Below are positions 30,351-36,436 of a stretch of DNA of 36,436 nucleotides, in pieces. The stretch covers positions 1 through 36,436 of the forward strand of contig CBFIGT010000011.1 of assembly GCA_965662175.1 (NCBI GenBank), written 5' to 3'. The position numbers were made by a program, and so were the translations under genes. Positions within the stretch are counted from its first letter, which is position 1; every line of letters starts with the position of its first letter. The notes beneath the pieces were generated by a model that searched no databases, had not been told where the DNA came from, and worked only from the letters and a program-made list of their open reading frames with translations. The stretch comes from Arcobacter sp. (GTDB lineage Bacteria; Campylobacterota; Campylobacteria; Campylobacterales; Arcobacteraceae).

Positions 30351-30970
30351 AAATAGATATTTGAACTTAGGTTTTCAATCTGTTTTAGCATCTTTTGAGT
30401 GTTATTAAACTCAATTTGAATAGGATAAAGCTCTTTTTTATATTGTAATAAAAGAGTGGGAAAAGAGAAGACTTTGAGTTTTCTTCTTTTTTCTAAATCA
30501 TTATCTAAAAGAGTTTGAGCTTTTTCTCCTAATAAATCATTTTTAAATTTTTCAAAATCCATATCAAGATTAGCTGCTAAACTCAATAAAGTCTCCATAT
30601 CACTTGGATTTTTTGCTTCTAAATAATAGGCTTTTTGAATAGCATTTATCATCTCATTTTCTCTATTTTGCTCTTTAGCACAAAGAACAGCCTTACAAGC
30701 TTTATATGTATCTCGTCTTGGTTTACACTTTTTCCAAAAATCATGATTAAATTTTGTTTGGGTTCTCTCTTCTATTTCATACCAAATCTCTTCAATTTTT
30801 TGGCACATCTCTTTTGGCATAGGTTCATTAGTCTCTTTTGCTAAACCACCAACAATATTAATAACATTAATATTATTTGGCAAAGAGTTAAGTAGTTCAT
30901 CATAACTTTTTTTAAAAGCATAGCACCAAGAGCACATAGGATCATGTATATATATTAGTTTTGTTTTCAT
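30347..30970 (-). CDS. Cytoplasmic DsbA-like protein
   Basis: YIHDPMCSWCY, VGGL, AIQKAYY..NPSD, SFPTL. Confidence 0.9.
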   Translation of the reverse strand: MKTKLIYIHDPMCSWCYAFKKSYDELLNSLPNNINVINIVGGLAKETNEPMPKEMCQKIEEIWYEIEERTQTKFNHDFWKKCKPRRDTYKACKAVLCAKEQNRENEMINAIQKAYYLEAKNPSDMETLLSLAANLDMDFEKFKNDLLGEKAQTLLDNDLEKRRKLKVFSFPTLLLQYKKELYPIQIEFNNTQKMLKQIENLSSNIYF

Positions 30971-31075
30971 AAGATTATTTTACAATTTATAGTTTTTATA
31001 CAACTAAAATTTGTAAATTAAGTAAAATAAAATATAAAACTCATATAATTAGTCAAAAATAATAAAGGAGAGATT

Positions 31076-31504
31076 ATGAGAAGATTTTTATCTAGATTTT
31101 ACAGAGACAAATTTTATATTGAACTTCTAGTTGCAGGTGGATTGTTTTTTGTCGCTTTAATTTTTAATATGCTTATGGATTTTATTATTTATATGCTTTA
31201 TTTTATAATTTTTCTAGAAATAACAAGAGCTATTATAAACTATGTAAGAGAACAAAGAGTTGTTTTAGCTTTATTGGTTGATGCTTTTATTATTTTAGCC
31301 CTAAGAGAATTAGTTGTAAATCTTGTTAAGATAAATAATGCAAAATTAGACTCAATAGAGGCACTATTTGCAAGTAGTTTAAACTGGAATATTTTGATTA
31401 TTTCAGGAGTTATTCTTTTCTTATTAATTGTTAGATATTTAGCTGTTATAACTTCACAAAAATATTTATTAAGTAAAATAAAAGATTGTGATTGTAATGA
31501 ATAG
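31076..31504 (+). CDS. PsiE-family (phosphate-starvation-inducible) membrane protein
   Basis: Multiple TM segments; FLEITR..Y....V...LVD..I...RE pattern; AAGGAG RBS. Confidence 0.75.
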   Translation: MRRFLSRFYRDKFYIELLVAGGLFFVALIFNMLMDFIIYMLYFIIFLEITRAIINYVREQRVVLALLVDAFIILALRELVVNLVKINNAKLDSIEALFASSLNWNILIISGVILFLLIVRYLAVITSQKYLLSKIKDCDCNE

Positions 31505-31526
31505 AAGTTTAAGACTTCTACTCATT
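31496..31526. terminator. Hairpin between convergent genes, probable terminator
   Basis: AATGA-a-TAGAAGT pairs with ACTTCTA-c-TCATT. Confidence 0.6.
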
Positions 31527-31670
31527 TTATCCTAAAAAGTAAAAAGCTCCACTTGTAATAAATAAAATAGAGCTTATACTTAGTAAATATGCAAATGCAT
31601 CTTTTTTACTATTATCTTCAAAGAAAACTTTCTTATTTTCAAATTTGTTGTAGTCAATATATTCAGTCAT
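31527..31670 (-). CDS. Small (47 aa) single-pass membrane protein, not in the ORF track
   Basis: AGGAG RBS then MTEYIDYNKFENKKVFFEDNSKKDAFAYLLSISSILFITSGAFYFLG*; C-terminal hydrophobic helix; hairpin directly after the stop. Confidence 0.75.
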   Translation of the reverse strand: MTEYIDYNKFENKKVFFEDNSKKDAFAYLLSISSILFITSGAFYFLG

Positions 31671-31769
31671 AATATACTCCTAATTTCTATATAATATTAT
31701 TATAAGAAATAAGAGTATTAAAATAACTATATTTAGAATATTTTTATGATACCTTTTTAGTACTTTTTC

Positions 31770-32561
31770 TTATAGCTTAATTTCTAAAGCTATAGGACAG
31801 TGGTCACTTCCAAAGATTTCATTTAATATATATGCATTATGAATATTATCTTTTAAATCTTCACTAACATAAAAATAATCAATTCTCCAGCCAACATTAT
31901 TTGCACGTGCATTTGCTCTGTAGCTCCACCAGCTATAGTTATCAGGAATATCACCTATTACATGTCTTAATGTATCAATATAACCATGAGATAAAAATTT
32001 ATCTATCCATTCTCTTTCCATTGGTAAAAAGCCTGATGTCTTTTCATTTGCTTTTGGACGTGCTAAATCTATCTCTTTATGAGCTGTATTAACATCTCCA
32101 CACACAATAATAGATTTTCCCTCTTTTTTCAGATTTTCACAATGCTCTAAAAATCTATCATAAAATTCCATTTTGTAAACAAGTCTCTCTTCTTTTGATT
32201 GACCATTTGGAAAATAAACATTGAAAAATGCTATATCTTTATCTCCTAGTGAAAAATGAACTTCATTTATTCTACCCTCATCTAAAATATCAACACTTGG
32301 ACAATTTGATTCAAAACTTATATCTATATCACTAAATAGTGCAGTTCCAGAACGCCCTTTTATTGCCGATGAACTAGCTGTAAAATGTTTGAACTCTTTT
32401 TCAAAAATAGTTTTTGGAATTTGTTCTTTCATTGATTTTGTTTCTTGAATACCTAAAAGGTGAACATCATGTTCATCAATCCATTTCAAAGCCTCTTTCT
32501 TATCAACTGCTCTTATTCCGTTTACATTCCACGATATAAACTTGTAAGTTTTTGTCATCAT
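31770..32561 (-). CDS. xth: Exodeoxyribonuclease III (AP endonuclease)
   Basis: SWNVNGIRA, IQETK, EGR, VYFPNG, GDVNTAH, YSWWSYR, GWRIDY, GSDHCP. Confidence 0.97.
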   Translation of the reverse strand: MMTKTYKFISWNVNGIRAVDKKEALKWIDEHDVHLLGIQETKSMKEQIPKTIFEKEFKHFTASSSAIKGRSGTALFSDIDISFESNCPSVDILDEGRINEVHFSLGDKDIAFFNVYFPNGQSKEERLVYKMEFYDRFLEHCENLKKEGKSIIVCGDVNTAHKEIDLARPKANEKTSGFLPMEREWIDKFLSHGYIDTLRHVIGDIPDNYSWWSYRANARANNVGWRIDYFYVSEDLKDNIHNAYILNEIFGSDHCPIALEIKL

Positions 32562-32575
32562 TTACCTTATTTATT

Positions 32576-33241
32576 TTATTTTTTGTTTATCATATCTTTT
32601 TTTATTACATCTAATATTGTTTTTGGTTCACATCTTTTTCTATAATCTTCATCTACAAAAGTGTAAATAATCTCATAGTTTTTATTTATAATAAATGTTG
32701 CAGGAAGAGGTAAATCATAAGTTCCATTTCTATTTGCTTCTAAAATATCGATTTTTAGCTTGTCATAAATAGGAATTAACTCTTCATGTAATTTGTATGC
32801 AATTTTAAAATCTTTTGCTATTGTGTTATTTTTGTCATATAATATTTCAAAATTCAAAGAGTATTTATCTTTTGTATATTTTGATTTATCGGGTGTTTGG
32901 GGTGATGCTGTTATTAAAGTAGCATGTAAAATTTTAAGTTGAGAAACTATTTTTTGCAATGCATTTAATTGCATAATACAATATGGAGACCAACTACCTC
33001 TAAAAAAACATAAAACAGTATAATTGTTTTTTTCAATAATATCTTTTATATTTATTATCTTGCTATCTTGATTAGATAGGGTAAACTCTGAAATCTTATT
33101 TCCCACTTTTAATGATTTCTCTTTTAAGTTGGAATCTTTTAATCCTTGTATTACGTCGTTTATTTTATTAAACGTTTCTTCTGATACTTTTTCTTTAAAA
33201 TCATGGACATAATCTTCTATACTCTTCTCTAGTGTTGGCAT
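32576..33241 (-). CDS. AhpC/TSA peroxiredoxin-like protein with SPYC in place of CPYC
   Basis: LKVG..F.L, FFRGSWSPYC, SPQTPD, LPLPATFII, DY..R.EP; AAGGAG RBS. Confidence 0.85.
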   Translation of the reverse strand: MPTLEKSIEDYVHDFKEKVSEETFNKINDVIQGLKDSNLKEKSLKVGNKISEFTLSNQDSKIINIKDIIEKNNYTVLCFFRGSWSPYCIMQLNALQKIVSQLKILHATLITASPQTPDKSKYTKDKYSLNFEILYDKNNTIAKDFKIAYKLHEELIPIYDKLKIDILEANRNGTYDLPLPATFIINKNYEIIYTFVDEDYRKRCEPKTILDVIKKDMINKK

Positions 33242-33253
33242 GTAAACTCCTTT

Positions 33254-33282
33254 TGTGAAAAAATAATATCACTTTTTTCACA
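33254..33282 (-). promoter_or_regulatory. 10-9-10 inverted repeat enclosing an extended -10 box; candidate operator
   Basis: TGTGAAAAAA-N9-TTTTTTCACA; the minus strand reads TGaTATTAT across the spacer. Confidence 0.6.
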
Positions 33283-33377
33283 TCAAAATATGAAATATTC
33301 TTTTAGCATTATAAAAAAAGCTAACTTTAAACATATTGTAATTATATTGTATTTTTATAAAATTTAGTTGGACTTTC

Positions 33378-34094
33378 ATGAATCAAGAGTTATTTTTAGG
33401 ATTAGTTACCTTTTTTACGTCAACAGTTGCCGGTGTTATCGGCCTTGGAGGTGGTATGATGCTTATTGCAATTTTACCATCTTTTATTCCAGTTAATGCA
33501 TTAATTCCCGTACATGCACTAACTCAAATGTCAAGCAACCTCTCAAGAGCGGTTTTTGGTTATAAAGATGTGAAACTTGAGGTTATACCAAAGTTCCTTT
33601 TTGGCTCACTTATAGGGATAAGTTTTTTTGCTGGAATTTTGTATTTTATCTCTTTAGAGTATGTTCCTTTGTTTATTGGAGTTTATATTTTACTCTCACT
33701 TTGGAGTGAAAAATTTAATGATAAAATCAAAAGATATGAATCTTATGTCTTAATAGGTTTTTTTCAGACAGGTTTATCTATTGTTGTAGGAGCTACAGGA
33801 CCACTTGCTACTACACTACTTGTAAAAGATTATGATGATAAACATGTAATCGTAGCAACAGCAGCTGCACTTATGAGTATAACTCATATATTAAAAGTAA
33901 TAGTATTTATGTTCTTTGGCTTTGTATTTTTTGATTATATTGGAATTCTAACAGCTATGATAATAGGAGCAATTGCAGGAAGTTGGACTGGAACTAAACT
34001 AAGAGATAAAATTGATGGTAAAAAGTTTTTGATTATTTTAAAAGTTTTACTATCACTTCTTGCTATTAAAATTATTGTTGGAGTATTTATTTAA
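33378..34094 (+). CDS. TauE/SafE family (sulfite exporter-like) membrane protein
   Basis: AGVIGLGGG, VGATGP, GAIAGSWTG motifs; multi-TM. Confidence 0.9.
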   Translation: MNQELFLGLVTFFTSTVAGVIGLGGGMMLIAILPSFIPVNALIPVHALTQMSSNLSRAVFGYKDVKLEVIPKFLFGSLIGISFFAGILYFISLEYVPLFIGVYILLSLWSEKFNDKIKRYESYVLIGFFQTGLSIVVGATGPLATTLLVKDYDDKHVIVATAAALMSITHILKVIVFMFFGFVFFDYIGILTAMIIGAIAGSWTGTKLRDKIDGKKFLIILKVLLSLLAIKIIVGVFI

Positions 34095-34981
34095 TGTTAA
34101 ATTATCAAGAACCTGTTTATAGACCACCTGCTGAAGCAAACTCTTTAATACTTCAAATAACTATTGGATGCAGTTTCAACAAATGTAGCTTTTGCTCCAT
34201 GTATGAAACAAAAAAGTTCAAAGTCAAAGAGCTTGATGAGGTTTTTAAAGATATAAATCAAGTATCAAAATATAGTGATACAAGAAGAGTATTTTTAGCT
34301 GATGGGGATGCCTTAGCTTGTGAAACAGATTTTTTGCTAGAGATTTTAAAAGAGCTTAAAAAAACTTTTCCAAAACTTCAAAGAGTATCATCTTATGCAA
34401 GCCCATATAATTTGCTAGAAAAGTCACAAGATGAACTAAATCTTTTAAGAGAAAATGGCCTTAGTTTGGTTTATTATGGAATAGAATCAGGAAATCAAGA
34501 GCTACTAAAATATATAAATAAACCAATGAATCCCAAAAAAATGGTAGAGGGATTAAATAAAGCCACAAATGCAAATATGAAAATATCAGCAACCGTAATC
34601 CTTGGGCTTGGTGGAAAAAATCTATCAAAACAACATATAGAAGATACAGCAAAACTAGTAAATGAGTGTGAGCATATAAATTATCTATCAACTTTACAAC
34701 TAGGACTTACAGACTCCAAAGAGGATAACTTTTTCAAAAGATTTGAAGATAAAAATAAGCAGTTTATTTTCTGTAGCGATAATGATATGCTAGAAGAACA
34801 AAAAAGATTTATAACTCTAATAAATCCAAAAAAACCAATAATCTTCCGCTCAAATCACGCCTCAAATGCCTTGCCACTAAAAGGAACATTGCCAAAAGAT
34901 AAAGATGAACTAATAGAGATTTTGAGTATGGCAAAAGATAATATAAACATGCTAAGACCTAAGTTTTTGAGAGGGTTTTGA
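34094..34981 (+). CDS. Radical SAM protein
   Basis: YRPPAEA.SL.LQ.T.GCSFNKCSFC.MY (CX4CX2C variant), FLADGDA, GIESG, FRSNHASN; TAATG coupling to TauE. Confidence 0.92.
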   Translation: MLNYQEPVYRPPAEANSLILQITIGCSFNKCSFCSMYETKKFKVKELDEVFKDINQVSKYSDTRRVFLADGDALACETDFLLEILKELKKTFPKLQRVSSYASPYNLLEKSQDELNLLRENGLSLVYYGIESGNQELLKYINKPMNPKKMVEGLNKATNANMKISATVILGLGGKNLSKQHIEDTAKLVNECEHINYLSTLQLGLTDSKEDNFFKRFEDKNKQFIFCSDNDMLEEQKRFITLINPKKPIIFRSNHASNALPLKGTLPKDKDELIEILSMAKDNINMLRPKFLRGF

Positions 34982-34996
34982 AATAGTTATCTTAAT

Positions 34997-35023
34997 TTCA
35001 CATCGTCCCGATAGCAATTCATA
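34997..35023 (+). repeat. Degenerate copy of the REP-like palindrome
   Basis: TTCACATCGTCCCGATAGCAATTCATA matches 35618-35644 at 23/27 positions, same orientation. Confidence 0.8.
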
Positions 35024-35172
35024 AGTGCTTTAAATTTTTTCACAACCTCTTCAAAAGAGTAATAATAAAGATTAGGTTTGTGTGATTTTTTATTTTTATT
35101 CATATATAATAATTGAAGTGTTTATCTGAAACTTTTTTCGGTGTAAGAACGTTTATATAATGGAGTTTTATA

Positions 35173-35496
35173 ATGTATGAGTTAAATAAAAATTTTATAT
35201 TGTCAAAAATCAAAGAGTTAAAACCACATTATGAACAAGAGGGTTTATTGCTTCTTGGTATATTTGGTTCATATGCTAAAGGTACACAAAATCAAGATAG
35301 CGATATTGATATTTTATATGATATAAATGGTGAATTGTTTTGTAAAAAACATCCTGGTTTTTCTTCATTTAGTAGATTAAAAGAGATAAAAGAAGAACTG
35401 AGAAATATTTTTAAAACAAATATTGATTTAGCCACAATTGATAATTCAAGTAAGTTATTTAAAAATGATGCTTTAAAGGATGCTATTTATGTCTGA
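35173..35496 (+). CDS. Minimal nucleotidyltransferase (MNT/MntA-type antitoxin)
   Basis: GIFGSYAKG....SDIDIL, later IDL; 107 aa; GGAG RBS. Confidence 0.92.
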   Translation: MYELNKNFILSKIKELKPHYEQEGLLLLGIFGSYAKGTQNQDSDIDILYDINGELFCKKHPGFSSFSRLKEIKEELRNIFKTNIDLATIDNSSKLFKNDALKDAIYV

Positions 35497-35613
35497 TATT
35501 AAAAGAATCAAATTTATTTTAGAAAAAATTGAATATATTGAATCATTTATTAATAAATTTAATTCCATAGTCTATTTGCTTGAAGATAAAATGGGATTTG
35601 ATGCAACTCTTTT
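35489..35613 (+). pseudogene. Truncated HEPN/DUF86 (HepT-like) toxin
   Basis: ATG overlaps the MNT stop (ATGTCTGA) with AAGGA RBS; 41 HEPN-like codons ending GFDATL, then the frame runs into the repeat; no RX4H motif. Confidence 0.75.
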
Positions 35614-35710
35614 CTCGTTCCCATCGTCCCGATGGGAATGCATACTTAAACCAACACAACTTAAAATAACTACATACATAAGAATTCCCAATCTGGAGCC
35701 TGGAAGCTAG
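35614..35710. repeat. REP-doublet/REPIN-like element (about 97 bp)
   Basis: Perfect hairpin TTCCCATCG-TCC-CGATGGGAA (35618-35638); AC-rich spacer; second GC-rich arm starting ATTCCCA (35684-35690), the reverse complement of TGGGAAT (35633-35639). Confidence 0.7.
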
Positions 35711-35816
35711 GTCGAGATGACTCTGGCGATAAGATTAATAATTAAAAATATTACAAACTGCAATAAAATCAATCAAAGCTTAAAATATTTGTTAAAGTTC
35801 AAAAAAGGAGTATTTT

Positions 35817-36338
35817 ATGGAAAATAAACTTTCAAATATAATTGTTGATGATAAAATATTTATTATAAGGGGTATTCATATTATGCTTGATAAAGATTTA
35901 GCTATGTTGTTTAATGTTGAAACAAGAGCTTTAAATCAATCAGTAAAAAGAAACATAGAAAAATTCCCACAAGATTTCATGTTTGAACTTACAGAAGATT
36001 AAAAAAATGAGCTTATCACAAAATGTGATAGGCTTAAAAACTTGAAGTTTAATCCATCTAAAGTTAAAGTTTTCACTGAACACGGTGTATATATGCTTTC
36101 TACAGTTTTAAAAAGTAGGGTAGCAACTGAGGTAAGTATATCCATTATGAGAACTTTTGTTAAACTTAAAAACCAGTCAGTACCTTATTTTGATATTATA
36201 AAAAGGCTTGAAAAACTTGAATCAAGTGATAAAGAAACTAAAGATTTACTATCTAGAGTAATTCAGGTTATAAATAATATGCAAGAGATTCAAGAAGAAG
36301 CAAAAGATACAACAAAACAAATAGGTTTTATTAATTAA
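35817..36338 (+). pseudogene. ORF6N-domain DNA-binding protein with a single in-frame TAA
   Basis: IRG..IMLDKDLA.LF.VETRALNQSVKRN..KFP.DFMFELTED*KNELITKCDRLKNLKF..VFTEHGVYMLSTVLKS..A..VSI.IMR.FV; both track ORFs share one frame; stop at 36000-36002; AAGGAG RBS. Confidence 0.9.
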
Positions 36339-36355
36339 ACTAATGAGAATTTAAA

Positions 36356-36436
36356 TTACTTTTTACTTTTAAACTCCTCTTCTAAAGCTTTTAGTTCATC
36401 AGCATTTTGTTGAGCTTTTTTTACAGCCTCTTCGAA
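36356..36436 (-). CDS. C-terminal end of an unidentified gene starting beyond the window
   Basis: Open minus frame FEEAVKKAQQNADELKALEEEFKSKK* to the window edge. Confidence 0.6.
   Translation of the reverse strand, partial: FEEAVKKAQQNADELKALEEEFKSKK

Noticed and set aside
31684..31709. AT-rich quasi-palindrome upstream of the small membrane ORF as a Fur box
   Set aside because: Does not fit the 7-1-7 spacing well and is expected by chance at this AT content
8309..32561. Apparent DNA-repair cluster (UDG-like, cinA-like, uvrC, SprT-like, xth)
   Set aside because: Scattered over 24 kb in different transcription units and strands; no shared motif seen
9102..34691. Other nested ORFs (9102-9350, 12944-13126, 13701-14099, 15688-16041, 22566-22766, 24538-24726, 26873-27094, 27490-27684, 30635-30844, 31901-32092, 32460-32645, 34461-34691)
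   Set aside because: They lie within or across confidently called genes, with no recognisable domains
35039..35085. Imperfect hairpin (CACAACCT..CTCTT-CAA-AAGAG..AGGTTTGTG) as an ncRNA
   Set aside because: Weak, interrupted pairing and no family resemblance; cannot be supported from sequence alone
34997..35710. The repeats as a CRISPR array or integron attC sites
   Set aside because: Only two copies, 621 nt apart; no spacer periodicity, no cas or intI gene, and no clear RYYYAAC/GTTRRRY ends
35480..35710. The 76-aa ORF as an intact protein
   Set aside because: Its C-terminal ~30 aa are the repeat element translated; treated as a truncated HEPN gene
29031..36002. Two in-frame TAA codons as evidence of stop-codon reassignment or readthrough
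   Set aside because: TAA ends most genuine genes in this window; point mutations or sequencing errors are far simpler

Overview
AT-rich bacterial chromosome segment, most consistent with Arcobacteraceae (Campylobacterota). This is inferred from composition, the HQWRQPL-type kinase, the missing rpmD and the Campylobacter-type short adenylate kinase. 1-6903 is the distal S10/spc ribosomal protein operon (rpsC fragment to rplO, secY, map, infA); it ends at a terminator without the alpha operon. Housekeeping and signalling genes follow: a GGDEF protein, a degenerate family-4 UDG, a lipoprotein, aspS, a degenerate ZnuA-like protein, YgiQ, two divergent adenylate kinases of different classes, a CinA-like protein, a Sel1 protein, alr and uvrC. 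Next is a FIST-domain histidine kinase with two tandem REC-PAS-coiled-coil regulators that have no recognisable output domain. After that come a SprT-like protease, two J-domain proteins, a Cache histidine kinase interrupted by an early in-frame TAA, an ADP-ribosylglycohydrolase-like protein, DsbA-like and PsiE-like proteins, an unannotated 47-aa membrane ORF, xth, an SxxC peroxiredoxin-like protein, TauE and a radical SAM protein. The last ~1.4 kb is a decaying accessory patch: an MNT antitoxin plus a HEPN toxin truncated at a REP/REPIN-like palindrome, with a second degenerate copy of the repeat upstream, and an ORF6N gene with a nonsense codon. No rRNA, tRNA, CRISPR array or transposase was seen. 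All calls come from motif recognition by eye; no searches were run.
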